DNA from: Candidatus Pacearchaeota archaeon
Lineage (GTDB): Archaea; Nanobdellota; Nanobdellia; Pacearchaeales; GW2011-AR1
DNA: 64,000 bases
Assembly: GCA_050124795.1 (NCBI GenBank)
Contig: JASFEO010000001.1
Location: 32,001 to 96,000 of the forward strand
Reading direction: 5' to 3'
Shown here: in pieces, positions 27,847 to 38,005 of the stretch
Layout: every line of letters begins with the position of its first letter
How positions within the stretch are numbered: position 1 is the first letter of the stretch
Position numbers and translations under genes: made by a program
Notes under the pieces: generated by a model
Told to the model about the DNA's origin: nothing
What the model saw: the letters and a program-made list of their open reading frames with translations, nothing else
Database searches by the model: none

Positions 27847-29535
27847 ATGAAACAAAAAATAATTAAACTAATTGAAAAAACTTTGGAAAAAGAAAAAATC
27901 AATTTAGGAAATATTGAGAACTTAATTGAAATTCCGCCGAATCCTGAAATGGGAGATTTTGCTTTTCCATGTTTTTCATTATCAAAAATTTTTAAAAAAA
28001 ATCCAAATGAAATCGCCAAGGATTTAAAACAAAAAATAAAATTAAATTCTGAAATTGAAAAAATTGAAACTAAAGGTGCATATTTAAATTTCTTTATTAA
28101 CAAAAAAGATTTTGCAGAAGAAATTATAAAAAGAATATTAAATGAAAAACAAAACTTTAGAAAACAAAAAAACAAAAAAACAAAAATGATTGAGTTCTCC
28201 CAGGCTAACACTCACAAGGCTTTTCACGTCGGTCATATAAGAGGAACAAGTTTAGGGGAATCACTTTCAAGAATTTCAGAATTTCTAGGGGAAAAAATAA
28301 CTCGCGCGAATTACGAAGGAGACACCGGGGTGCATGTTGCAAAATGGTTATGGTGTTTTCAAAAATATCATAAATTATCTGAATTAAAAGATAATGAAGA
28401 GTGGATTGCTTCAATCTACGTCGAAGCAGTTAAGCGTCTTGAAAGATCTCCAAAATTAAAATTTGAAGTTGAGGAAATTAATCGTCGATTAGAACTTGGA
28501 ATTGATAATGACTTAAACAAACTCTGGAAAAAAACAAGAAAATTCTCATTAGATGCTCTTGAAAAAATCTACAAAGAATTAAACACGCATTTTGATATCT
28601 ATTTTTTTGAAAGTGAGGTTGAAGAAAGAGGAAAGGAAATTGTTAAGGATTTAGTAAAAAAGGGAATTGCCGAAATAAGCGATAATGCAACAATAATTAA
28701 TTTTGAAAAATATGGAATGGGAGTCTTGGTTTTTATCCGAAGAGATGGAACAGTTCTTTATGGGGGAAAAGATTTAGCACTAGCTGAAAAAAAATCAATT
28801 GAATATCCAAACCTTGAGGAATATATTTATGTTGTTGGAAATGAACAGGATTTGTATTTCAGGCAAATCTTCAAAACCCTTGAATTAATGAAATTAAATA
28901 TTTATGATAAAGTAAAAAATGTCTCATTTGGGATGGTTCGTCTTCCACATGGAAAAATGTCTTCAAGAACAGGGGACAATATTTTATATTCAGATTTTTT
29001 ACGAGAAGTTACAGATTATGCAAAAAAAAGAATTAGTGAACGAAATAAAAAATTAGGAAAAAAAGAATTGGAAAAAAGAGCCTTGATTGTTTCAATTGCC
29101 GCAATAAAATATTCAATGCTAAAACAAAGCCCAAATAAAAATATTATTTTTGAAAAACGTGATGCATTAAATTTCGAAGGCGACACTGGTCCATATCTAC
29201 TTTATAGTTTTGCAAGAGCAAATTCAATATTAAAAAAAGCAAAATCAAAAAATAAAAATTTTGAAATCAAAAAATTAAATTCTTCAGAAATTGCATTAAC
29301 AAAAAGATTATCTTTATTTCCTGAGATTGTAATAAATGCACATAAAAATTATAATCCGTCGCTAATTGCAAATTATTCTTATGAATTAGCAAAAATTTTT
29401 AATGAATTTTATCATGCCTCTCCTGTAATTAATTCTGAAAATGAAACTTTTAGATTAAACTTAGTAAAAAGTTTTAAGACTATTTTAGGAAATTCTCTTA
29501 ATCTTTTAGGAATTGAAACTTTGGATGAAATGTAA
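27847..29535 (+). CDS. argS: arginine--tRNA ligase
   Basis: GDFAFPCF, EFSQANTHKAFHVGH, GKMSSRTG, GDTGPYL.Y, FNEFY. Confidence 0.97.
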   Translation: MKQKIIKLIEKTLEKEKINLGNIENLIEIPPNPEMGDFAFPCFSLSKIFKKNPNEIAKDLKQKIKLNSEIEKIETKGAYLNFFINKKDFAEEIIKRILNEKQNFRKQKNKKTKMIEFSQANTHKAFHVGHIRGTSLGESLSRISEFLGEKITRANYEGDTGVHVAKWLWCFQKYHKLSELKDNEEWIASIYVEAVKRLERSPKLKFEVEEINRRLELGIDNDLNKLWKKTRKFSLDALEKIYKELNTHFDIYFFESEVEERGKEIVKDLVKKGIAEISDNATIINFEKYGMGVLVFIRRDGTVLYGGKDLALAEKKSIEYPNLEEYIYVVGNEQDLYFRQIFKTLELMKLNIYDKVKNVSFGMVRLPHGKMSSRTGDNILYSDFLREVTDYAKKRISERNKKLGKKELEKRALIVSIAAIKYSMLKQSPNKNIIFEKRDALNFEGDTGPYLLYSFARANSILKKAKSKNKNFEIKKLNSSEIALTKRLSLFPEIVINAHKNYNPSLIANYSYELAKIFNEFYHASPVINSENETFRLNLVKSFKTILGNSLNLLGIETLDEM

Positions 29536-29628
29536 AAATATGCTTCGCAGAATTTAGAAGCATTCTCTTGAAACCAAAACTTATTTAAATTCTTTTAACG
29601 TCGTAAAATTATAAAAAGGAGGTTGAAA

Positions 29629-29853
29629 ATGGCTAAGAAAAAAGCTAAAACAATGAATCATAGCCTGATGCATTTTGTTGCCTGGCTGACAGGAGTGATT
29701 GTCTCACTTTCAGTTGGTTTTGCAATGATTGACGGAACACTAACTCTTCCAAACTGGCTTGGCGGCGTAATAGTTGCAATGGTTGCAGGATGGATTGTAG
29801 TTCTCACAACAGCAATCAGCGTTATCCTTGCAATAATGCACTACTTAAAATAA
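29629..29853 (+). CDS. small two-TM membrane protein
   Basis: AGGAGG SD; two hydrophobic helices. Confidence 0.75.
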   Translation: MAKKKAKTMNHSLMHFVAWLTGVIVSLSVGFAMIDGTLTLPNWLGGVIVAMVAGWIVVLTTAISVILAIMHYLK

Positions 29854-29951
29854 TTTTTTACTTTTTCTAATTTTTTATTTTTATAAAAACAAAACTTCTA
29901 TCCCTATTTATATCAGAAACATTTAAATATCATCCTGTCTCATTAAATATC

Positions 29952-30164
29952 ATGGAAATAAAAATTAAGCCAAGAAAATGGGGAAATTCTCTGGCAGTTA
30001 TTTTGCCAAAACTAATTGTGGATGCAAACAGGATTAAAGAAAATCAGGAAATTACAATCGAAATTAAAGATAAACCAACTGCAAAAAAAATATTTGGGAT
30101 GCTGCCAAGAAAATCAAAAAAAAGTGCACAGCAAATAAAAGATGAGATGAGAAAAGGATGGTAG
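29952..30164 (+). CDS. AbrB/MazE-type antitoxin
   Basis: RKWGNSLAVILPK; overlaps the PIN gene. Confidence 0.88.
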   Translation: MEIKIKPRKWGNSLAVILPKLIVDANRIKENQEITIEIKDKPTAKKIFGMLPRKSKKSAQQIKDEMRKGW

Positions 30165-30523
30165 ATTATTTCTTTGATAGTTATGCTGTAATTGAATTAA
30201 TCGAAGGCAATTCAAACTATGCTAAATATTCTAATGAATCTTTTGTTATCACTATTTTTAACTTAACAGAAATATATTGGTTTGCACTTAGAGAATATTC
30301 AGAAAAAGAAGCTGGCAAAATTTATGATTATTTCAGCCAATTTGTAATTAAAATAAATGATGAAACATTAAAACATGCAATTAAATTTAGAATTAAAAAT
30401 AAAAAGAAAGATTTGTCTTATGCAGATTGTATTGGTTATATTTATGCTCTTAAGAATGATATGAAATTTTTAACAGGAGATAAAGAATTTGGAAAACTCA
30501 AAAATGTTGAATTTGTAAAATAA
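30158..30523 (+). CDS. vapC: PIN-domain (VapC) toxin
   Basis: FFDSYA, LSYADC, LTGDKEF. Confidence 0.9.
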   Translation: MVDYFFDSYAVIELIEGNSNYAKYSNESFVITIFNLTEIYWFALREYSEKEAGKIYDYFSQFVIKINDETLKHAIKFRIKNKKKDLSYADCIGYIYALKNDMKFLTGDKEFGKLKNVEFVK

Positions 30524-30576
30524 TTTTTAGATATTAAAATAGTGAAATATTTAAACTTGTTTTATTGTCATAATTT

Positions 30577-32067
30577 ATGGAAAAATTTTTTTGGGCAGAC
30601 CAGATTGCTGAAGACCTGATAAAACAAAAAGGAGACAAATCAAAATATGTCTGTGCCTCAGGAATAACCCCCTCGGGAACAATTCATATTGGAAATTTTA
30701 GAGAAGTTATCACAACTGAATTAGTCCTAAGAGCATTAAAAGACAATGGAAAAAAAGTTAGATTCATTTATTCATGGGATGACTTTGACAGATTTAGAAA
30801 AGTTCCTAAAAATGTTTCAGGAGAATATGAAAAATATCTTGGCATGCCTGTTAGCGAGGTGCCTTCGCCATTTGAAAAAAATTCAGATTATGCAAGACAC
30901 TTTGAAAAAGAATTTGAGGACTCTCTTTCTGAAGTTGGGATAAAGCCGGAATTTATTAGGCAAAGTGTGATGAATAAAAATTGTGAGTATGCTGAATTAA
31001 TAAAAATTGCAATTGAGAAAAAAAATGAAATTATTAAAGTCTTAAATAAATATCGTAAAGAACCACTTGGTAAAAACTGGATGCCATTAGAAGTTTATTG
31101 CGGCAAATGCAAAAAAGATTCAACAAAAATAATTAATGCAAAAGATTATGAAATAGATTATGAATGCGCCTGCGGGTTTAAAGAAAAAATTGATATTCGA
31201 AAAAAAGGAATTGTAAAATTAAAATGGCGTGTTGATTGGCCTGCAAGATGGACTTATGAAAAAGTTGATTTTGAACCCGGAGGAATTGACCATAGTGTTT
31301 ATGGGGGAAGTTTTATGACTTCAAAAGAAATTGTAAAAAGAATTTTCAACTTTACTGCACCGTCTTATCAATTATATGAATGGGTAAGAATAAAGGGGGG
31401 CAAAGAATTCTCAAGTTCTTCAGGAAATGCAATTTCATTAAAAGAAGTTTTAGAAGTTTATGAGCCTGAGATTTTAAGATACATTTTTGTGAGCACCAGA
31501 CCGAGAAAAGGTTTTCAAATTAGTTTTGACAATGACATAATGAAAATTTATAGTGATTATGATTTGCTGGAAAAAAAATATTATGAAGACAAGGCAACAG
31601 AGCAGGAAAAAAGAATTTATGAATTGTCGCAAGTTAATAAAGTTAAAAATAAAAAACCTGAGAAGGAAAGTTTCAGGCATTTGATAACTTATGTTCAGTT
31701 GAATAAACTCGATGAATTAAATTCTGAATCAAAAGCGAGGGCAAAAAAAGTTGCAAACTGGATTGAAAAGTATGCAGAAGAAGATATGAAGTTTGAAGTG
31801 AGAAAAAAATTTTCTGCAGATTTAAGTGAAAAAGAAAAACAGGCAATGATTGAATTAAAAAATTCTTTAATGAAAAAAGAATATTCAGAAGAAGAATTGT
31901 TTGATGAGTTTTATAGTATATGTGAAAAGTTAAAAATCAAAAACACAGAATTTTTTAATGCAGCATATAAAACAATTATCGGAAAAACAAAAGGTCCGAG
32001 ACTTGCGAATTTAATTTTAATTGCAGGAAAAAATAATATAATAAAACTTTTGGAACAAATCAGATGA
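30577..32067 (+). CDS. lysS: class I lysine--tRNA ligase
   Basis: FWAD, SGITPSG.IHIGNFRE, KLKWRVDWPARW, FSSSSGN, GPRL. Confidence 0.97.
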   Translation: MEKFFWADQIAEDLIKQKGDKSKYVCASGITPSGTIHIGNFREVITTELVLRALKDNGKKVRFIYSWDDFDRFRKVPKNVSGEYEKYLGMPVSEVPSPFEKNSDYARHFEKEFEDSLSEVGIKPEFIRQSVMNKNCEYAELIKIAIEKKNEIIKVLNKYRKEPLGKNWMPLEVYCGKCKKDSTKIINAKDYEIDYECACGFKEKIDIRKKGIVKLKWRVDWPARWTYEKVDFEPGGIDHSVYGGSFMTSKEIVKRIFNFTAPSYQLYEWVRIKGGKEFSSSSGNAISLKEVLEVYEPEILRYIFVSTRPRKGFQISFDNDIMKIYSDYDLLEKKYYEDKATEQEKRIYELSQVNKVKNKKPEKESFRHLITYVQLNKLDELNSESKARAKKVANWIEKYAEEDMKFEVRKKFSADLSEKEKQAMIELKNSLMKKEYSEEELFDEFYSICEKLKIKNTEFFNAAYKTIIGKTKGPRLANLILIAGKNNIIKLLEQIR

Positions 32068-32354
32068 CAAAATTAATTTCATTATCAGACAAACAAAAAG
32101 CTAAGCAAGAAGCCAAGTTGCAAGACTCTTATGAAAGAAGAAAAACTCTTACAAGAGCAACTTTGACTTCTTATAAAAAACTTTATCATATTATATTAAG
32201 GCAAACAGGGAAGGAAAATTATCCTGGAGAGCCCTATGATAATCCTGTTGGTGAAAGTCTTTTTTATGAATTGTTAACGGCAGATTTAGAAAAGATAATT
32301 TTTAAATTAGGTTCTATTGTTAGAACTATTGAAGGAGAATTAAGAGAAAAATAA
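32064..32354 (+). CDS. hypothetical protein
   Basis: ATGA overlap with lysS. Confidence 0.55.
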   Translation: MTKLISLSDKQKAKQEAKLQDSYERRKTLTRATLTSYKKLYHIILRQTGKENYPGEPYDNPVGESLFYELLTADLEKIIFKLGSIVRTIEGELREK

Positions 32355-32587
32355 ACCCTGCATCAGAACTTTTCCTTTTTTTCAAAAAATATTTAAACAA
32401 CTCTTCTCTTGATAGATTATGATTTCATTAAACCAATTAACAAAAAAAGGTGTTTTGAAAAAAGCTGATTTGAATTTAACTTTTCATGAAGATGAAATTA
32501 CTAAATATCTCTTGGGAAAATATCAAAAAATTAAGAATAAAAGAAGAGAAAATTTCATAAATCCCAGAAATTATATTTTAGATTAAA

Positions 32588-32773
32588 ATGGCACTAATAG
32601 TAAAATCAAATATAAAAAAAGCAGTTCAGGAATTAGACAAGGAAAATTCTGTTTCAAGTGTTGCAGAAGAAGTTGGTTTAGCGCTTGAGAGAAAAACAGA
32701 GGAAATTTTAATTGATGCAATCAAAAGAGCAAAAGCAAATGGAAGAAGAACATTGCAGGCAAGGGATATTTAG
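32588..32773 (+). CDS. short histone-fold protein (DUF1931/alpha3-type)
   Basis: LIVKSNIK...A..RAKANGRRTLQARD (RxTxxxxD motif). Confidence 0.85.
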   Translation: MALIVKSNIKKAVQELDKENSVSSVAEEVGLALERKTEEILIDAIKRAKANGRRTLQARDI

Positions 32774-32821
32774 ATAATTGATTACAATAATATTTATAAA
32801 AAGTAAAATTCTTATTTAATT

Positions 32822-33103
32822 ATGTTAGCAGCTGGCAAAGTTAATAATGAACTTTATCGTTTTATTTCAGATCCAAGTTTTGATTTGAGGTTTGATGAGA
32901 AAACAGAAAACAGAGGTTTCTATACTATCCCTCTGATGATCTATCTAAAAGGTAGAAGAGCATTAGAAACTGCATTAAGTTATGACAAATGCAAACAAAA
33001 GATAATAAATTTACCTGAGGAATTGAATTTTGATGATGGGCATAGGCGCGAACTTTCAGGTTATATAACTTGCTTAGTTAATCAGGAAAATCAAAAACAA
33101 TAA
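32822..33103 (+). CDS. hypothetical protein
   Basis: 93-aa ORF with TATA upstream. Confidence 0.5.
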   Translation: MLAAGKVNNELYRFISDPSFDLRFDEKTENRGFYTIPLMIYLKGRRALETALSYDKCKQKIINLPEELNFDDGHRRELSGYITCLVNQENQKQ

Positions 33104-33133
33104 TTTTATTAAGTATATTTTCCTGTATAATTC

Positions 33134-33292
33134 ATGACAAAAACAAAATTCCCAGTTCTCGCAACACTTTTATTAATATTCGGAATTGTCTGGCTTGTTA
33201 ATGTTATTGGTTTTGCAAATATTAGTCTTCCATGGCTTCCTGTAATTTTAATTGTTGTTGCAATTGCAATGATTGCAAATCGTTACAGATAA
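33134..33292 (+). CDS. small two-TM membrane protein (not in ORF track)
   Basis: MTKTKFPVLATLLLIFGIVWLVNVIGFANISLPWLPVILIVVAIAMIANRYR. Confidence 0.7.
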   Translation: MTKTKFPVLATLLLIFGIVWLVNVIGFANISLPWLPVILIVVAIAMIANRYR

Positions 33293-33307
33293 ATATTTAA
33301 ATTAAAT

Positions 33308-33703
33308 TTAAAACCAATTCTTAAAAAATTCTTTTTTTGGTTTTACAACTCTTCTTCTTTGTCTTGAAACTGACTTTTTTCTAAATGATTTTGTTCTCAT
33401 GAATGTTGCTGAGACCTGAACAGGATGTTCTTCTTTAGTTCCCATTTTATTTATCCCGACTGCTGAAGCAAAAATTAAAAACCCGTTAAAGAATGCGACG
33501 ACAAAGCCAGTCCAGTCAACTTTTGCAATAACTGCAACCATAAATGCAAGACCAAAAGAAATCGCAAATGAAAAATACTTTCTATAATCATCAAACTTTT
33601 TTCCAAATAAATATCCAAGCACATTTGGCACTACAAGTGAAGCAGCTGTCGCGCCCTGCAAACTCAGCAAACTCTGCAATGTAAAAAGTGAATCCAGCAT
33701 CAT
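33308..33703 (-). CDS. membrane protein with basic tail
   Basis: three hydrophobic segments. Confidence 0.7.
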   Translation of the reverse strand: MMLDSLFTLQSLLSLQGATAASLVVPNVLGYLFGKKFDDYRKYFSFAISFGLAFMVAVIAKVDWTGFVVAFFNGFLIFASAVGINKMGTKEEHPVQVSATFMRTKSFRKKSVSRQRRRVVKPKKEFFKNWF

Positions 33704-33787
33704 TTTCCTCTTTTAATTAAATAGTTATTAATTATTTATAAACCTATCTTAATATTTTATAAAATCACAAAATATAAAAAGATATGA

Positions 33788-34240
33788 TTGCTTAAATTAA
33801 TAATGTGTTTTAAAAGCGAAGGGATAAATAATCGGTCGAGAGTTATTGATTCTGTGAAATCTGATTTCTCCTATAAATTTGAAAATATAATCAAGAGATA
33901 TATCTGGGGGGATAGTGAAAAAAGAGTTTTGGCAAAATTATTTGCTGATTACATGGATAATATGAATCCTAAAAAAAACAGTCTTTTAACAAAATATATT
34001 TGGAGGCTGAATAAAAAAGGATATGACATAACCCCGCTTAATCTTTTGCTTGATGAACTGGAGAATTACAAGGATTTTCTTCTTCCAAGAAAATTCACAC
34101 ATATTAAAAGAACAAAAAAACAATTCCCAAACCCTGCAATTTACAGAAAACCAAAACAGGGAACTCTGGAAAAACTCTCAGAAAAAATAGATCCAAAATT
34201 GCCAAGAGAAATTATGGATACTAAAATTCCATTAAATTAA
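33788..34240 (+). CDS. hypothetical protein
   Basis: ORF; start uncertain. Confidence 0.5.
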   Translation: MLKLIMCFKSEGINNRSRVIDSVKSDFSYKFENIIKRYIWGDSEKRVLAKLFADYMDNMNPKKNSLLTKYIWRLNKKGYDITPLNLLLDELENYKDFLLPRKFTHIKRTKKQFPNPAIYRKPKQGTLEKLSEKIDPKLPREIMDTKIPLN

Positions 34241-34241
34241 A

Positions 34242-34667
34242 ATGCAACCAAAACATTCTTTAGAACAACTCTACGCTGCCGAGGATTATTTCTCAAATCT
34301 AAAATTAGAAGATATCCCTCAGGAAATTAATCCCAATTCAACAAAAGAATTTTTTTTATTAAAAAACATGACAGGAATTTTTGCTGATTGCTCAAGAGAG
34401 TTGCTGGATGAAGGACTAGAAAAAGTCCAAAGTAGAATAACTAAAGAGATATTCAATATGAAAAGGAGAAACAACACAAGAAATCTTTCCCAGATTCCAG
34501 GTCTTATTTTAAGATCCCAAAAAATCCTCGAATCTCCCCCAATTTATGCAATTACGAATTCAACTAATGAAAAATCTTATGAAAATTCGAGAAGACTGAT
34601 TGCGCAGCAGCACATTGAACTTTTAGGCGAATTCATGAAGGCATATAATTCTTATATTGAACTTTAA
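34242..34667 (+). CDS. hypothetical protein
   Basis: 141-aa ORF. Confidence 0.55.
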   Translation: MQPKHSLEQLYAAEDYFSNLKLEDIPQEINPNSTKEFFLLKNMTGIFADCSRELLDEGLEKVQSRITKEIFNMKRRNNTRNLSQIPGLILRSQKILESPPIYAITNSTNEKSYENSRRLIAQQHIELLGEFMKAYNSYIEL

Positions 34668-34703
34668 TGTAAATTATATAAACTTGCAATACTTTTTCTA
34701 GTT

Positions 34704-35240
34704 ATGAAAAAACTTTCAAGAAAAAGAAGTGAGGAAATTTTAGAAAAAATAAAAAAAGCAGGTGATGCAAAAAATTATGAAACTTTCTGGAATGAAAAAG
34801 GTGTCCCTGTTTCTAAAGAAAAAAAGAAAATAAAAAAAGGAAAAATTTCAAAAGCACGCGGCACAAGATTTGAATTAAAAGTTAGAGAAGACTTAGAAAA
34901 CAAAAATTATACAGTTGACAAATGGTCAAACAATGTTGATTTGGAAAAGGGAAAAATAGTTTCAGCAAAAAGAAAGTTTAATCCTTATTCGCGCGTCATG
35001 ACAATCGGAACAGGCTTCCCTGACTTTATTGCAATTAAGCATATCCACGACGAGGTTTATAGTGTGATTGGTGTTGAGTGCAAAATTAATGGAAAGTTAT
35101 CTAAAACTGAAAAAACAAAATGCGCATTTTATTTAAAAAACAAAATCTTCTCTTCAATTTGGATTGCTAAGCAAGGTGAAAAAAGAGGAACAATTCAATA
35201 TGATGATTTTAAAGAAAAATATGGAAAGAATTTTTTATAA
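34704..35240 (+). CDS. Hjc-like PD-(D/E)xK nuclease
   Basis: RGTRFELKV...GFPDFIA...GVECK. Confidence 0.7.
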   Translation: MKKLSRKRSEEILEKIKKAGDAKNYETFWNEKGVPVSKEKKKIKKGKISKARGTRFELKVREDLENKNYTVDKWSNNVDLEKGKIVSAKRKFNPYSRVMTIGTGFPDFIAIKHIHDEVYSVIGVECKINGKLSKTEKTKCAFYLKNKIFSSIWIAKQGEKRGTIQYDDFKEKYGKNFL

Positions 35241-35288
35241 CAATCCAACACAACAAAATTTAAAAAAATATTTTTCCATTAAAACTTA

Positions 35289-35912
35289 ATGAAATTCAGG
35301 ATGATTATTTTATTTGTCCTTTTAATTAATGGCATTTATGCAACATGCTCAGAAGGTCAAATTGATATTAACTCAGCCTCCTTAGAAGAACTCGACAAAT
35401 TAAAATGGGTTGGCCCCACAACAGCCCAGAATATAATTGATGCCAGACCATTTAAATCTGTTGACGATTTAATTAATATTTCCAGAATTACTATTGACCG
35501 AGTTAATGAAATAAAAGACCAGGGATTAGCATGTGTTGAAAAATCTAAAGGTGAAAAAGACAAAAAAGAAAATGATAAAGAAAATGAAGAATCAACTTCT
35601 AAAAAATCTGAAGAAGATAGATCTGAAAATAAAAAAGATGATGAAACAGAAGATGAAGAACATGAAGACAAAAAAGAAGAAAATTCTAATTATGAAGATT
35701 TAATTGAAGAGGAAAAAGAATTTGTCGAGGAAAAGCCAATTGAAACAATAAAACTAAATTCAAAAAATATAAAAACTGAAGATTCTCTTCTAGATAAAGA
35801 GCCTGAAGAAAATTTTGCAATTTGCGGACTAGCGAGTTTCTGTATTTTGCTTGGGTTTTTGTTCAGCATAAAAAAATTAAAATTCAAAAATTATAAAAAT
35901 GAGTTCGACTGA
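35289..35912 (+). CDS. ComEA-like helix-hairpin-helix DNA-binding membrane protein
   Basis: IDINSASLEELDKL.WVGP..AQNII..RPF.SVDDL; signal peptide; C-terminal TM. Confidence 0.85.
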   Translation: MKFRMIILFVLLINGIYATCSEGQIDINSASLEELDKLKWVGPTTAQNIIDARPFKSVDDLINISRITIDRVNEIKDQGLACVEKSKGEKDKKENDKENEESTSKKSEEDRSENKKDDETEDEEHEDKKEENSNYEDLIEEEKEFVEEKPIETIKLNSKNIKTEDSLLDKEPEENFAICGLASFCILLGFLFSIKKLKFKNYKNEFD

Positions 35913-36342
35913 AAAAGTAAAAGCAGCCTTAATAATTGAAGTAATTGGAAAACCCCCTGAGCATTTAACTGAAACTCTTGGAAATTTAATTAAGCAAATT
36001 AGCGAGGAAAAAGGTGTGGAAGTTGTTGAAAAAACAATTCATGAGCCCACAGAATTAAAAGACAACAAGGATTTTTTCACAAGTTTTGCAGAGGTTGAAG
36101 TTGAAGTTGAAGAAGTCTTATACATCGCAATGCTCATGTTCAAATACATGCCGGCGCACATTGAAATAATTCACCCTGAAAAAATTATTCTCTCAAATTC
36201 AGGACTTAATGATATTTTAAATGAACTTACAAGAAGGCTTCATGGTTACGACGAAGTTGCGCGAATTATACAAGTTGAAAAAAATATTTTAGAAAAAAAA
36301 TTAAAAGAACTTATGCCAAAAGAAGAAAATAAAAAAGAATAA
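35899..36342 (+). CDS. hypothetical protein
   Basis: IIEVIGKP.EH, FTSFAEVE, YMPAHIEII.P; typical codon usage. Confidence 0.75.
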   Translation: MSSTEKVKAALIIEVIGKPPEHLTETLGNLIKQISEEKGVEVVEKTIHEPTELKDNKDFFTSFAEVEVEVEEVLYIAMLMFKYMPAHIEIIHPEKIILSNSGLNDILNELTRRLHGYDEVARIIQVEKNILEKKLKELMPKEENKKE

Positions 36343-36406
36343 TTCTTATAACTATGCAGGAGTAACAAAATAGAAAGGTTTATAAAGTTTAGATACATGT
36401 ATTTTT

Positions 36407-36754
36407 ATGGTAGAAGTAATGCCTGTTTCAGCAAAAAAATGTGGCATGGAATTTAATGAATATATAACACTTGCTCGAAATGTTAATAGAATTAAAGCTT
36501 TAACTTCTTTTCAAATAAAATATTTAGGAAAAAAAGCATTAGAAGAATTATCTGATGAAGGATGGACAAGTGTGGGTTCACTTATGCAAGATATTCCTTA
36601 TTTTACAGAGTTCTTTAAATTAGCAGAGATTCCTCGTCATCAGGGATGTTGTAATATTAATGGGACAAATGTTGTTTTGTTTGGAATTCTTGACTATTTT
36701 CTAAGAAATAAAGATTCTCTTAATTCTTGTTTATATAATAATAGAAAAAATTAG
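36407..36754 (+). CDS. hypothetical protein
   Basis: 115-aa ORF with TATA upstream. Confidence 0.5.
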   Translation: MVEVMPVSAKKCGMEFNEYITLARNVNRIKALTSFQIKYLGKKALEELSDEGWTSVGSLMQDIPYFTEFFKLAEIPRHQGCCNINGTNVVLFGILDYFLRNKDSLNSCLYNNRKN

Positions 36755-36755
36755 T

Positions 36756-37937
36756 TTATCTCGCACCGCGATATTTCTTTAAGAAAAACCAAACTAAGAA
36801 AACAAAAATTGCAATTATAATCAGCCAACCAAGAACTTTCCCTGTCCCGCTTGTTTTAACTTCCCCGCATTTGCCCAGACAGCAAACATCATCCCTTGCA
36901 TAAACAGTTTCTCCATTGCACTTTTCTTCCGCTGAGCAAATCTCTCCTTCTTTCTCCTCGCAGGTCTCACTAACTGAGACAATTTCCTCACCCCCTTTTT
37001 CAGGAACATAATCCTTTATAAAATTCAAAACTACATCTGAATATTCAGTTAAGTTATCCCCTCTTACAATAATCCTTCCCTCAATTGCTTCCTCGTCAAC
37101 TGATGAATTAAAACCAATTTCTATTTTCACACTTGAATTTTTCTCAATATCATTAAACTCAGAAATTTCAAAAAAAGAATAAGGCAGTAAAGATTCTGAA
37201 ACATAAACCGAGACATTCTCCAAAGCCGCTTCTCCTGTATTATACAAATAAAAAATTCTCTTTGTCAAACTCTCAGTTGCCATTTGAACTTCAATTTCCT
37301 TTGGCTCAATCTTGAATCCCTTTGTCTTGAACTCCTCTTTTTTTTCCTCAGAAAAAACATAAACAGGAATATCATATTTCAACCCAGTTGTGTAAACTTC
37401 CAAAATATTCAAAGAATCATTAAAATCCCCAACATCAAAATTCAATTTTTCTATTTCCCCTGATTTTAACTCTGCTGAAGTTTCGTAATTTGTTGAAACA
37501 GTTATTTTTTCATCTAATAAATTTTGAACCTCAATTGAAAAGTCCTCGCTTGTTACAACAAAGCCCGGCTTAACTGAGAAGTCTGCTGTTTTATTTGCAA
37601 CTATGAAATTTTTAATAATATCGTCGTCAATCATATCCTTTCCCTTCATGTATCTCACTCCCTCAATTGCAATTGAATAATTATTCTCAGGCTTATCCAA
37701 AAGCGCATAAATATAAAACTCATCATTAATTTGCGTCACATCATATTCAACTGAAATCCTCACATGCCCTCGATAAAAAAACACATTCTCTGCTAAAACT
37801 GAATCAACAAAATTCCCAGACACTCTTGCAATCATTGTTTCCCCTGAATTAAAACTATCTTTAATATCAAATTCAACAGCAAGCGCAGTCTGAATCAAAA
37901 GTAAAGTTATCAATAATATTATTACACTTCTTTTCAT
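36756..37937 (-). CDS. membrane-anchored secreted protein
   Basis: signal peptide; Cys-rich CE..EG.IC...CC.GKC; C-terminal TM. Confidence 0.8.
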   Translation of the reverse strand: MKRSVIILLITLLLIQTALAVEFDIKDSFNSGETMIARVSGNFVDSVLAENVFFYRGHVRISVEYDVTQINDEFYIYALLDKPENNYSIAIEGVRYMKGKDMIDDDIIKNFIVANKTADFSVKPGFVVTSEDFSIEVQNLLDEKITVSTNYETSAELKSGEIEKLNFDVGDFNDSLNILEVYTTGLKYDIPVYVFSEEKKEEFKTKGFKIEPKEIEVQMATESLTKRIFYLYNTGEAALENVSVYVSESLLPYSFFEISEFNDIEKNSSVKIEIGFNSSVDEEAIEGRIIVRGDNLTEYSDVVLNFIKDYVPEKGGEEIVSVSETCEEKEGEICSAEEKCNGETVYARDDVCCLGKCGEVKTSGTGKVLGWLIIIAIFVFLVWFFLKKYRGAR

Positions 37938-38005
37938 AAATAAATAAGGAAAATTGGGTTAATAAATTTAATTATAAAGGGATAAAAATTTGCAAAAGCG
38001 ATTTT

